DNA of 64,000 nucleotides from Euglena gracilis (Eukaryota). The DNA is taken from the NCBI GenBank assembly GCA_039621445.1, contig CP154954.1, positions 45,239,847 through 45,303,846 on the forward strand, read 5' to 3'. Under the pieces are notes generated by a model. That model ran no database searches. It was not told the DNA's origin and worked only from the letters and a program-made list of their open reading frames with translations. Below, piece after piece: positions 37,349 through 50,462 of this stretch (position 1 is the first letter of the stretch; the number at the start of each line of letters is the position of its first letter). The position numbers were made by a program, and so were the translations under genes.

Positions 37349-40117
37349 AATAAAAGTCCATTAATAAAGAAATAAAGCCCATAAATGAATTCAGAAACGT
37401 TTTCGATTGCACAAGGCAAGTCCATTTTTATGAGCTAAGTGCAAACTAGGCCGCCTAAGGTTGTCTTTTTTTGACAGCATCGTCAAGCTTCACCCCATAC
37501 TAATTGCGCACACCCCCTAATAAGTGCGCAGCCCCGAGGTCCGAAATTTGGTTCCTAAAAGGAGCGTACCGATGCAAGTTTTGGGGGCAAGGATGGCAAA
37601 AGGCTTGAGCCAAATTTTGCACAACAGCAAGGATTTGTTCTTATCCCTTGCAAATACCTGAAATCCAATGTCTTGGACCTCTTTATTTCTGAGCATGGCT
37701 GGCTAAAGATCATCAGAGATAATTAATTATTTTTTTGTGTTTTTTTAACTTTGCAGAATGTGCGCTTCTCCCTCTCTTTTGCCATCTCCCCGTGTAGCTT
37801 CCTGCTCTTCTCGAAATTCATTCGCCCCAAGCATTCTATCATTTCTTCTCTTCTGTCAAACGTTTTTGTCTCGGTCTGTGTCCGAAGCAGGGGCGATCCA
37901 GGAGAGGGGGATACAACCGGAGGGGGGCGATCCAGGAGAGGGGGATCCAGCCAGCCAGCAATGTTTTACCCATCCAGCAGCTCCCAGCCAGGCTGTGGAT
38001 CCACCCTGGGATCCACTGAAAGTTGTTACCAGCCTGGCGGAGCAGCGCTGGAAGTTTCGGCACAAAACGCTAAATTTTTGAAAAAGGGGGTCAAGGATGG
38101 TATTTTTGAGGGGTTTTGGGTTCTTGCCTCAGAATTTGGGCTAAAATCCGGCCAAGCTGGATTTGGATTTTTTTTGCCTGTTTTTGGGTCCCAGGCGTGT
38201 CCAGCTCCTCCCCCCCAAACCCACCCCCAGAGAGGGTCCAGCCAGCACCTTTTTTCCAACCATAACCTTTTTCCGCCCCCCCCCCCCAGCAGTACTTGAG
38301 AAGAACCCGGGTTTGAAGTATTTGAGTTGTTTTCTCATTGTCCCATTTTGGGGAGTGAGTAATTTTGATTTTTTTTTGGACAGACAGAGTTTTTTTTGGG
38401 CAGAGATGCCCCCCAGAATAAGGGGGAAACAATTCCTGTGATTTTTAGGATTTTTTTGGGATTTTTGGGGGTTTTATACCATCACCCTCGAGAATATGTA
38501 TTTTTTCGTTTACAGTGTGGCTAAAAATTACGGAAAACAAAAATTACGGCAAAAAAAATTACGAGAAAAAAATTTTGGCAAAATTTTTATTTTGGCAAAA
38601 TAAATTTTGGCAAAATCTGGTTTTTTCCTAAAAAAATTCTTTCTTCCCTCTGCTTATTAAAAGAAGTAAGTTTCAGTTTCTCATTTTCTCCAATTTAGCC
38701 ATGAATTCACATGCCGTCCCACGTGTTGTGCTGGATAAGGTTGCATCTTCCAAGGCAAAACCTCATGTTTGGACAGACGGTTACACAAAAACCGTCACAG
38801 ATTGGGCACGCCAACATGGGATTCGAGGAGCTATTGATCGCCATGCCAAGGGTGAGTTCAAAGAGATTATTCTTCCTTGGAGTACAGTTAATCTCTGCTT
38901 GAAATTTTGGAAGGACAATGGTTCATATTACGAGCATGAAAAACGTGGCCGCAAGCGTATTCTGACAGATTCCAAAATGGCTGAGGTGCAAGATGTTTCT
39001 CTATGGATTTTTCATTAAATGTGTTGTGACAGCGGAGTTTTTTTTATTTGCTTAAGAACCGCCCTGCCTCAAAGCATCCCTTCGTGCTGAGCCCACACAT
39101 CCTTGTGAATGTAGCACACAAACAGCCCGTAAGTGCGTTCGCTGTGACGAGTTTGTGTGTGACGGTTGTTTTGCTGGCCACTAAGACACAGTGCGTCCTC
39201 ATTGACTCTGAGAAGTCAAAGCATGACCGTCCCAGCATTGTGCTTGCGGCTTCCCAAGAGGGCGTCGGAAACCGACGGAGTGAGAAAATTACGAGAAAAG
39301 AAATTATCGCAAAATTTGGGTATTTTGCCAAAATTTCTGTCACTTGTATGTTCTTTGCCATCGTTGTCTTTTTTTGAGGTGTTCCCTTCCCCCAAAAAAA
39401 CCAATGCCATTTGCAAAATTTCTGGATCTTTTGAGAAAATTACCCCACCCCTTCTGGCAGTCTGATGCAGCTCCATGCAAAGTGACGGAGGTCCCACGGG
39501 TCCCCCTACGGAGCGTAAGTTCCGTTTGCCATCCTGCTGCGTGAATTTGCCAACCACAGTTTCGCCGCCAACGCTGTCTTGAAATTTGATTCCTCAGACA
39601 AGCCTGCCGTCCAGTTGGTGACCGGGAGCGCGGGTGTACAAAGGGGCCTAGCAGAGCACTCCATTTGGTGAAAACAAACAGAACACATTGTATTTCGACA
39701 CTTTCTGGTGTCATTTGTTGGTTTTTTCCCATGCATGCATGCATGCATCTATTTTAGTTAGGGCAAAGGAGTTATGCTTAACGTTACGCCTAACCAGGTT
39801 TTGTGTAGTGCTGAGCTCTTTACATGTTTGAGGCTTGTGGCAGCCAGGGGGACCCGACCCGGCCCGGCCCAGCCCTTGGTTTGCATTTGGGGTCATTTCC
39901 AGGTCAAAAATGTCGAAAAAATCGGAAAAAATTACCCAAAGCCGTCTCTTTGGGTTTCCCCGGCCCGGGCCGCCGGCTGGCCCCCCCCCCCCGGGCCATG
40001 GGTTTTGGGCCGAAAACAGGATGAGGGGTCAAAAAACGCTCATTTTCGGCTCGAAAACTGTTTTTCTGGGTCCGGGAGGCCAAGAGACATCGACTTTTGA
40101 GCAAAAATTTGATGTTT

Positions 40118-40149
<32 letters not shown>

Positions 40150-43100
40150 GTTTTTTTTTTTTTTTTTGGTGTTTTTTTATTTTTTTTTTTTTTTTTTTTG
40201 TTTTTTTTTTTGTTGAGCAAAAATTTTTGATTGTTTCCTTTTTTTGGCCCGAAATGTCAAAAACAAAAGCTTGTTTTGGGCCGTAAAATCAGCTATATCT
40301 CGGGCTTTGCGGGGAGTTACAGGGAAACCAATATACCATTAGATAGGGCGTTCAAAGGGCTTCAATTTCAGTCTCTGGACATTTTCTTTTATTTTGCTTC
40401 ATTTCCGAGATATAATGGAAACAGCGATTTTTTTGACCCCAAAAAGAGTCCAAAAATGAAATGGGCCGAAATTAGCCAAAAAAATGGCCGCAGCTCAGGC
40501 TACACGAAGAATTGGGAGAAAAAAACTGAAGCATGGTTGGATAGGCTATTCAAAGGGCTTCATTTTTGGTCTCTAAACATTTCCTTTAATTTTGCTTCAT
40601 TGTCGAGAAAATTGAATTTGAAAAAATCAGGTTTTTTTACCAAAAAAATAACGGCCCAAAAATCACCCCAAGATGGCTGTTTTGCCAAAAAGCGCGTTGG
40701 AACACAGGCCAGGCGTGTCGGCGGCCAAAATGGCGAATGGGGAGCGATAGAGTAGAGGGCCTCCAGGGGCACATTTCGTCTTGCCGACAATTAGATAATG
40801 TACGTTTTCTCGAGATATTTTCGAAAAATCGATTCTTTGACCGAATCTCACCCCTGCGAAATGACAGAGTCGGATTTGGTGAATCCTACCCAGTTTGGAC
40901 CCCTTCACGGGTGAATGGCTTGGGCCTGGCAGGGAGTTTGGTTCAAATGGAGGTGATCCGGAAACTGTCCAGGGAACGGGACTGGGGTCTTGATGATGAT
41001 CTGCAGTTTTCATCACCTACCAAGGGGGGGTTCTACCCCCCCCAGCCCCTCGGTAGATGAGTCAGGTAGGGGTGTTCTACCCCCCTTTTTTCCCCAGTGG
41101 CCAGCTTAGCTCTTCCTCTGAAGAGACAAGAGCTCAGCGACCCCAACCCTATTCTTTCAATTAGCCCAGGACCTTGGGGGGCAAATGTCACCCCCCCATA
41201 TAAGTGTTTATTTTGAATATGAATGTATGTATATATTTTTCTTTAGAATAATATGCACATTCATGCAATATCCATGTTAGCTTTTGCGTAGTCATGATGG
41301 GTGCCCTGCAGCCAGGAGGTCACTGTCCAATATGGCAAGTTTCCCAACCGGGTACTCTACCTCTCCTACGGATTTGTGTTGGACCACAACCCGTACGATA
41401 ACGTGGTCGTGTTCGAGCGGGTCCGGGACCTTGCCGAGTTCTGCTCCACATTCTTGGCCAGCAGGTCCATGACCCCGCCATCGCCCGCCTTTCCTTCATC
41501 AGCCTTTTGGCCTTTTGGCTTGAAGCCCGTTGTGCCTCGCTTTCTCAACCTCTGGCTTGCCCCATCCCCAGTGCCATCACCCACCCACTCACAGGTGGCG
41601 CTGGGTCTCGGCCAAGGACCTACAGCGGAAGCTCAAGCACAATTTAGCCCCTGTCCAGAGTCAACCCTCCAAGTACAACTCCAACACAACTCCAACACCT
41701 CCAAGTACAGCCTGGGGGGCATTTCTGCCGTTTGTAGCCCGAGCTTGAATAGGCAGAGGCTCTGAGTCTGACCCTTGACGTGGAAGCGACAAGTTTGTCA
41801 CAAAAACCCCTGGGGTTCCAGACAGGGATTACTCAGAGGGAAGTTACCCCTGTCTACCCACTAACCCCCCCAGCCCCCCCTCAGTTTTTTTTCCCAGCCA
41901 GAGCCAACCAAATTTTTCAGCTTTGGAGCAGTTCACTCGGACACTCGTGCAGGCCCGAGGTAGTGCGTGAGTGTGCGCCTTTTTATTTACACAAGACCCA
42001 GATCAAGTCAGGATTGGCTTTGACTCAGAGCCTTGCCGGTTATTTGTTGCAGCCTCAATGGTGGATGGGCGCCTCATCCATGGTGCCTCTTGAGGTTTCA
42101 GGCAGCCATTCGTTCCTTGCTTGACAGTATGTGCAAATGCGACAGGAAGCAAAATCAGAGGTCACCACTTTGACTTCGCATCATTATTTTCCTTGTTATC
42201 TCCCCCGGACGCCTGTCTTGCGTCTTTTGGGACTTGCAGATAGATTATTTCCCAGGAAATTTTTAAGCACAGCATTTGGAATTGCATTCCAGCTTCTTTC
42301 AACCTAATGTTTTTTATATTTCCCTCATGACCAGCATTTATTTCCAGTTCAGATCAATCTTGTTGTGGGCAAAACCGTGGAAAGGCAAAAAAGCGACACC
42401 TGATGGGCGGGTTCAGTTCCAGTAAATTATCTTTGACAGTTCCAAAAGAGAGACACAAATTCTCTCCTCTAAAAATATGCCATTCTTTCGTTTTGCAGAA
42501 CAATCGGACATTTTTCTGGGTCTCAGATTCACTATGGCTACGTTTTCAAGCAAATTTTCCATTCTTCATTTCTATTTTTTTCCCATTTCCATTTTTTCAT
42601 TTCTGCAATCCAAAAGGCATTATTATTATTATTATCATCATTATTTCTCATGCAACTTTTCATAGTGAGCTTTCAATCACTGAAGGTTGTTTTCTTCACA
42701 GAAAGTTTTAGTAACCAGCGAAGCAAAATGAGAATTTTCGCGTCTGATGCCTTCCGACTTCCAAGCTTCACCCGTCGGCATTTTCTTGGGAGTCTACATC
42801 TCGCAGCCAGAATGAAAGACCCAGGGGTGGGTGGGGCTGCATTTGGGAGGGGTGGTTTCTGGGAGTCAAAATGGTTCATACCACCTTCGTTTGTCAGCAG
42901 CTCGCACAAAAGTCGATACTCATGCAACATCTCTCAGCAGCAACCAAATGCATTTTCAGGATGCCCATCGCCTCTTTGGAGAGCCCCCCCCCTTTCAACT
43001 TCCAGGTGCCCCCTGGCGGATGCCTCCAGGCCGCATCACTGGGGATGGGCTGGGAGTTCCGGGAGGGCAGAGGTCCCTTTTCTTTGGGCGGGCCGGGTTG

Positions 43101-43422
43101 CCGGGCCGGGTTGCCGGGCCGGGTTGCCGGGCCGGGTTGCCGGGCCGGGTTGCCGGGCCGGGTTGCCGGGCCGGGTTGCAGGCGGCGCCATGCCAGCACC
43201 CGGGCCCTCCACAGCCTGGACCACAGCCGGGGCTTCCCCGAGGCGGTCGTCCTGGCCCGCTGCCAGCAGCTGCTCGCCGCCTACCCCACCACCGTCGCCG
43301 AGGACCTCGCGCTGCTGGAGGACCCGCAGCTGTCGCCCAACGTGCGGACGTGTGTGCGATTCCGCGTGCTGCAGAAACGAATCCTGCAGGCCACGGTGGA
43401 CCGGCTGGCTGCTGCCACATGA
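29938..43422 (+). CDS. SET-domain protein lysine methyltransferase, Rubisco LSMT/SETD3-like (multi-exon; 5' exons not identified)
   Basis: Exons 29938-30104 (LIQWL..GLRGLYATQDISANQ), 31651-31769 (VLLAVPEG..LALMALDLL..EWTP), 32303-32410 (YLAGLP..EELEHLQD), 35679-35707 (less certain), 36225-36325 (DFCWAISILGSR), 36582-36617 (VLSPGV), 39543-39648 (EFANHS), 41314-41465 (QEVTVQYG..N..LYLSYGF..NPYD), uncertain exons at ~41.6-42.1 kb, and a last exon ~43181-43422 (LLAAYPTTVAEDLALL..RFRVLQKRIL, LSMT substrate-binding motif). Confidence 0.88.
37118..37352. repeat. (TAAA)n / (TAAC)n microsatellites in an intron
   Basis: Direct observation. Confidence 0.95.
38513..39340 (+). mobile_element. Internally deleted pogo/Tc1-like DNA transposon
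   Basis: TA|CAGTG left end with AAATTACG subterminal repeats. ORF 38701-39018 looks like an HTH N-terminus (WARQHGIRGA..LPWSTV..KRGRKRILT). A Cys-rich tail CECSTQTARKCVRCDEFVCDGCFAGH* lies at ~39103-39184. No DDE core seen and right TIR not found. Confidence 0.6.
39794..41140 (-). mobile_element. Solo diverged copy of the Helitron2-like element inside a SET-gene intron
   Basis: Same ends as the array: minus-strand TCGCTGAGCTCTTGTCTCTTCAGAGGAAGAGC ... AAAGAGCTCAGCACTACACAAAACCTGG, plus shared internal AAAAACGCTCATTTTCGGCTC blocks. Confidence 0.75.
43092..43179. repeat. 13-bp tandem repeat (CCGGGTTGCCGGG), about 7 copies
   Basis: Direct observation, immediately upstream of the last SET exon. 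Confidence 0.9.
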
Positions 43423-44024
43423 ACTTTTCCACAAGACACCTGAACAGTCCAGAGGGTCACAGCAGTTTAACACTGGCTTGCCCTGTTTGCTATCAATTTC
43501 ATTTCCAAATCAATTTTTGCGTGATGGGCCTTGTTGCCGGACCTGGACAAAGAAACTCGAATGGCCCTGTTCGGTTCCCTTAGCTGTCCTGTTGTTAAGC
43601 GTTAAGCATTTTCAACAAAGCGCAACTTTTTATTTTAGAAAAAAGTGCCAGTTATCTCAAAAGTGTGTTACTTTCAAAAAATAAATTGTTTGAAGCCGAT
43701 GGGCGTTGCCATTTGATGCTGCACAAAAGTCAAACTACAGAAGGCACCTCGGCCCCCGCGCACAAACCAGTGACAAATTTTTTAATGTTCTGCATAGTTA
43801 TTTCGCATTGAAAGGTTCCTTTCAATTATCTTTCTCCTGACTTCCCCAATGCTGATTAATCTGAGGACGAATTTTTTTTGTGCCAGCACAGTGTGAATTT
43901 CCAACAATGAACAGACGACGTGAATTTGCGGTGTTGGTGTAGTCTTTGTAGAACTCATTTTTTTTTCAGATGATGGCAGAAAACGCAAAATGATAATTAC
44001 CGTTTGGTGTGCACATCCCAGCAC

Positions 44025-44285
44025 CAGGCTTCTTTTTAAGTCAGCAGACCCCCCCCCCCGGGGGGAGGGGGGGTGGGGGGGTGGGTCCGGGCCGGACCCC
44101 CCACCCACAACTTCTTACTTTTTGTGCTAATCCCATACTTTTTGTGCTAATTCGCGCCGAAAATTTTTGGAAATCGCCTTTAGCGGGCCCGATTTTTGGG
44201 GGGGGTCCCGGCCCCCCCCCCCCCGGGGGGGTCCCGCGCCGGGGGGGACCCCCCCTCCCCCCCGGGGGTCTTAAAAAGAAGCCTG
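44025..44285. mobile_element. hAT-type MITE
   Basis: TIR CAGGCTTCTTTTTAAG / CTTAAAAAGAAGCCTG with 8-bp TSD CCCAGCAC (44017-44024 and 44286-44293). Confidence 0.88.
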
Positions 44286-45019
44286 CCCAGCACCCCTCTG
44301 CATGTGGGATGTGTGTGGTTTCATTGTGGGCTGTAAGTGGAGGCGGGGGCTTGAGGAAGGAGCGCAAACTTTTTCCCCTCACTGTTCCCGACAAGCCAGT
44401 CTCTGTGGGCAGGTCAGGATGGCTTTTGGTCGTTGTGGACTCACCCCCCAAAGGTGACGTTCAGCGTTTGGATGGGGTGTCCTGTACCCCCCCTGCCCTG
44501 CCTAAACCCCTTCAAAAACAGCATTTGAAATTTTAAAGCAGTCCCGAATGGTTTTGAGCACTGCCCAAATAACTTTGTGGGGGCAGGGCCAAAAACATCG
44601 GTTAGACAATTTTGAAAGGGACAAAGCTATTGGGGGGGGGGGGTGCGGATCAGGTTCTTTTTTGCCAACCCTGGAGGGGGGTGCCTTGTGCAATGGGGGC
44701 CTTCGGCACCAGGGGGGGGTTGCTATAGCATTGCCCACCCCAAACCCCCCCACCTGCCTGCCACGGCACCTGCCCATGGGACCCACCCATGGGACCTGCA
44801 GATGAAAATTGCATAAATATTTTTGCACTATCCAATTTTTTGATTAATTTGCAAGTGCTAAAATTCCAAAATGAAAATTTTGGAGAATTTGATTTTTGAG
44901 GGTTTTTTTTGCCTTCCTTTTATTATTATTTTTTTCACAAAATGGACTCCGGGGGCCTTTATGGGGCCAATGTGCTAGGAAGGCTGGCCGACTGCCTCCC
45001 TCTCCTGCCAGACAGAAGT

Positions 45020-45054
45020 CTCCTGTTCCCCTCTTCTTTCTTCGACCACTCCAG
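45020..45054 (+). promoter_or_regulatory. Putative spliced-leader trans-splice acceptor
   Basis: Polypyrimidine tract + CAG ending 32 nt upstream of ATG 45087. Confidence 0.55.
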
Positions 45055-45086
45055 ATATATTTGTGTGCCTACTGGCATCACGACCG

Positions 45087-48000
45087 ATGGCGTTTGCTGC
45101 CATCCTCCTGGTCGTCTTCCTCCTCGGCCGCGCATCCACCTGGAAGGCCGAGGATTTCCCCAACCCTATGGTGGACGTTGCGAAGTGTGGCAGGAGGCAG
45201 GTGCGATGCCTCAACCCAATGTGTCCATCGAGGTGTTGGCCAGGGTTTTCAACGTGGAATCAGAGCACGATTTTTCTTGAGGGGTGTCCTGTTGCTGTTT
45301 GCCTGGGGGGGGAATGTGCAAGATGTATGATCTGCATTTTTTGCATTCTGAAAATCTTGGGGAAAATGTGCATTTTTTGCATATTTTGACCTCCCAATTT
45401 TCACAATTTTTGTGTGGTAATTGTGCACGGAAATTGCTCTTGTACCAAAGAACCCAGGAGTCATGCCCAGTTTCCCCCCTCCAGGACCCAAGACTCACTC
45501 ACTGTGGATTTCCAGGCTCCTTCGGCAACTACTGGGGGGGGGGGCTCCCACCCCCTGGACCCCGGACTTAAAAATAACACCATCATATGTTGGAGTTTTA
45601 TTTTGGGTCCCTTTCTGGGCTCTTTGTATTGACCCAACGACCCCCAGCACCACTCAGCACCCCCCAGGACCCCCCAGGACCCCGGGGCTCGGTGTGCGGC
45701 GTACTCAGATATTGACCATTTTCAAGCTGCTTGATGCTGAAGTGTGTGCATTTGGGCAATCAACTTTTTATTGTGTCATTTTGCTGTTTTTTTTATTTGC
45801 TTGGATTTTTTGGGGGTACAAGAGTTATATTGCTCGTGCTTCTGTGGTTTTTTTTGTTGAAAACCGTGTGAATGTTTCTTCAATATATGTTCTCTGGTGC
45901 ATAATGAAAATATTATATTTTATGAAAAATTGTTCATCATGAAAAACTTTCCCCAGCAGAGGTGATATTTTTTAAGTCCTCTCCAACAGAGATAAGTCTT
46001 CATCCCGAGGAGGTTGAAAAGGAATTTACATGCTTGCTAATTTCACGAATTACTGCTTGCAGTTTCATTGCATTTTTGTGCAATTTTGCATTGCATACGT
46101 CAAGGAGTCTTGCTGTTTCCTCCCCCCTCTGTTGTTGGCACATGAAAAATACGACCATGTTGTCTGTGCCTGTTTGATGGCTTTTGGTTTTCATTTGTCC
46201 TTCATTATCACAGGCCGGACTGGTTTGCGCTGGAGAGAATGCATCACATGCCTGTGTTTTGCCCCTCACATGTCTTATCTCGATGTCACGAGGATTGCTG
46301 GACTCAAACCTCAAGCGATCACTTTTGCCAACCCCATCTGGAAAGTCAGTTAAGTTACAAAACCACGGTAATATCTGGGGTAAAATATTTGGGGTAATTG
46401 ATGTTCTTATTTCTTTATCAGTCCATCACCGCACTGAAATATGGTCAACCAAACCATGATGAATGGCGGAAGTATGTCATGAACACGCCATGAATCCCAT
46501 ATCCTTGGTGGCATTCCCCTCCACCCCGACCCTGATGCCATTCTTTCCGAGGCGGCGCGCAACCAGAGTGAGGCAGTGGTTGAAGCTATCGCCATACAAT
46601 GCCAGCACGACTGCCAGGGACAGCGCGTCGGGTATCAGGTGCTGACCAGCTTTCGGTATCAATTGGTCCATGGGTGGGTCGGAAATCTGTCCAGGCCATA
46701 CAATCACTTTGTCAGACCCCCCCCCGGGGGGTGACTGGTTTTTTCAGAGTGACTGACTGGTTTTTGGCCCGGACCCTCTCCCCCCCACCCCGGGGGGGGG
46801 GGTCGGCAAAAAACCACTAAATTGACCCGGCGCCAAAGGTGCCGGAATTTTTTGGCCTTTTTTTTCATGTTTTTGGTCAGAATTCCTTTGGATTCCAGAG
46901 GGGCCTGCCCCCCCCCCCCCGGAGGGGGGTAGTGACTGACTGGTTTCCCAAAAAAGTGACTGACTGGTTTTTTTTTGAAAAGGTAGTGACCCCCCCCCCG
47001 GGGGTCGGTAAAAAATTGTATGGTCCTGGCTTCTACCCGATTGGATTGACTTGCAGGGTCCCACCCATAAATTCATTTAACACTTGTGTGACCCCTTGGG
47101 GGGTGGATGGATTTTCGACAGTGGACAGTGGGTGGGTTTGGCTGCTGGGCCCCCTCCTCCCAGGGGCGGGGTGTGCCATGGGTTGGTCCGGCCCTGCCAA
47201 AGGCCGGGCCAGAAATTTTCTTCAAGGGTTTTTGGCCACTTTTGGCTAGGTTTTGGGTGGGTGGGTCGGTGTCGGGGGGAGGGGGTGAGTGGGTGGGTTT
47301 TTTAAAAAAGGGTGGGTGGGGTGGCTTTGGACCCAGGGAAAAGTCCCCCAGGAGGTCACTCAGCAAATTTATGGTACCAACGGTGTGAGGGTGTTGTGAG
47401 TTGTCCCCCAGACCACAAGTCAGTGGTGGGTGACCCCCAGTTGAATTGCCACCGGTTCTGCGACATCCAAGAAGTTTTTTGGCATAAGAACAGAGCCAGA
47501 GGAAGCACCAGTTCTTTGCTTTTATCCTTTTACAGGTAGGGCTGGCGGTGCTGCAAAGGATGGACGCCAACGTCACCTACACCACTCCGAGTGTCGCCCA
47601 GAGGCGAGCCTGATGAGGACCTCTGGATGGATACACCTGAAGAGCTCATCAATGCTGAAAGGAAATTCCATCCTACAATTTGCTGGGGTCGAGTCTGGCA
47701 TGCATTTTTTCCCCCCAGGGATAATAGGTAATTTGATATTGAATTCTGATACTCGGCAAATTCATTTATGGTATTGCAAGAGCATGCCCACAAATCGTTT
47801 TGGAGGAGCAAAGGTCTGGAATTCTCGGACAGGAGAAGATCCACTGGCCAGCACATCAAGGCTGGGTGGGGAGGATACACCAAATGATTGTTTTGCTGCA
47901 CATTAAATTGCTTGCAGAAAACGATAAAAATTGACTGCCCAAAATATGAAAAATTGACAAAAAATTATCATTTCAAAGCAAGTTGTTGTGTTGCAAAAAG

Positions 48001-48802
48001 ACGTGATGCTTTGGGCTTACACCAAGAGAAAGCTGCAAAAAAAATAACAATGTATTATCAGCAGTACGTGCCATTACAGTGGAATTATTGGGTCGTTTTT
48101 CTTCACCTGCCAGCCCCAACGTCCAATTGAGTTTGTACATTGCAAATGGACTACATTTTGAAGGGGAGCGCAGTCAAACAGGCACCCCCCAAATAGACCT
48201 CTGGCTCATAGCTTCGCCCTGTCAGAAACAGAAACACTTCATTTTGGTGTGCCACTGTTTTGGTGGGGGGTGTTCCTGGGGGTGTTCCTCTCCACCCCAC
48301 CCCCCTTGGCTTCCACCCACATGCCCTTGAGTTGAACCCTGCTTGGGGGTCCTGCACCCCTGCCCTGTCTACCATTGGTGTTCTTCTCAGCACCAACCAC
48401 CCGTCCATTGCATTCTTTTCAAAAAACAACTTTCTCGGAAGTACCCTTTCCTCTGGCACGTAACAAAAGCAGCAAAAGGAATGCGACGTTCCAGTCGAAA
48501 ACAGAATGTTGCCGCAACCATAGGTGGATTTTGATGAAAATGAAGGGTTTTTGGTCACAAAGAGATAGACAGCAGTGTGCTGGGACGGTTTCTGATGGTT
48601 AGACAAAAGGGGGTGCATTGGTTGGTGTGGCGCACCTCAACGCTGGGTCGACCCTTCGCTGTCGACAGCATCGCCCAGGGCAAAGCGTTCGCCACAGTAC
48701 TCGGGGCTCGCTGGGGCGTCAGCCACGGTACCTGCAATGACGGCATCATTTTGCTGGTGTCCGCCAGCGACCGCGTTGTTTGGCTACCGTGGGGCTTGTG
48801 TG

Positions 48803-48843
<41 letters not shown>

Positions 48844-50429
48844 TGTGTGTGTGTGTGTGTCTTGTTTTGAGCATGTGTGTGTTATGTGGTGTGTGCTGTG
48901 TGCGCACTGTGTGTGTGTGTGTGTGTGTGGTGTGTTGTGTCGTGTGTTTGGGGGGGCCAGGTCGAAAGGTTCACAGGAGCCAGCTGGCATACGGGATTGG
49001 AGGGTGGGGATAGGGAGCCCCACCGTATTGGCACCTGCGCACCGCCGGCGGGGCTCAGGCCGCGCTGCCGGACGACGTGGCGGCCGTCATCGTGGCCCGG
49101 ATGAGGGACGCATTCAAACAGGGGCAGTACGATTCAGGTGTGCGCCGACCCACCCCTGTGTCCCACACCGTGGTTCAACAGCACTGATCCCTGGGCGTGA
49201 CAGCCTCTTGAGACACAGTGGTTGGACAGTTGGCGCAAGGAGGGGACACTTTTTTGGAACTGCATCCTCCGGCTTTCCCCGCAACTTGGCAGCTTGTGCC
49301 CCTTGTCCTTGTCTGGTGTGGACAATTCAAACTACCTCCGCGTTTACCCATTGTCTTGGAGGTCTTCATAATGAAGATTACCCCCAATTTTTACCAAATA
49401 GTATATGATTTGGTGCTCATTGCATTTTTGATGAAACGTTCCCTTCTTGCGCTGCAACTTTGTAATTTTACAGCGTATGTCGCCTGCCACAGGTGCCGTG
49501 GGTGGCTTACTCCTGATCCGGGATGCCTTGAGTGGCACAGTGATTCAGCAAGGCAGTGGAATTGAGTTTCTGCCTAGCTGCAGAACTCAGCAGATGGTGG
49601 CCAGAGCACCATGGAAAGTTGCGGAGAGTCCACACCAGGTTTGAATTCCACCCCCACACCCTGACTACCCCAACCAAGAGCACCCCCCCCCTCCTGCATC
49701 CCTTTGTGAATGACAAACTGTGGATCTCCGCTGCCTGCCTGCAACCCCCCTTCCCCTACGCATGGCTCGCCCTGCTGGCCCTCCTCGTCTTCTGCCTCTG
49801 GTCAGGGTGAAAGTCCTGCTACCAAATCAGAGGGCCACACTGGAGACACACATATGTATGCACAACACAATACGACACAACACGACACACACACACACAC
49901 ACAACACGACACACACACACACACAGACAGACACACACACACACACACACACAACACACACGCACACAGACAGACACGTGCCCTGCCACCGGCCGTGGCT
50001 CTGGTGCCTGGCGGCCAAGGACGTCCCTCCCAGGGTCCCTGCACGTGAATTCTTCCATCCACCTCAAACTCAAAAATGGTGTTTTCGATTTTTTTTGATT
50101 TGATTTTGGACCGCTTCGATGCCCGGAAGGCCCTTGAACAGCCTTTGGAAAATAAAAGAACAATTGCCTCAAAAACCCTTATTTTTTGAAATGTTTGCTT
50201 TAAAATAATCCCTGGTTGGATCAAGGTAGTGGGACGGCCGTGGCAACAGTTTGCATCTACACCCTGCTGGCCTACCCAGTTGTGCTGGTGGTGGATGGTG
50301 TGCGCCGGTGCGCTGCGTGGTGCCGAGTGCAACCCGAGCCGCAGTTCAGCCCGCCCGCTGCCCCGGCAGATGAAGACCGTGGTGTGTGTGTGTGTGTGTG
50401 TGCGTGGGTGCGTGGGTGGGTGTGGGTGT

Positions 50430-50462
<33 letters not shown>

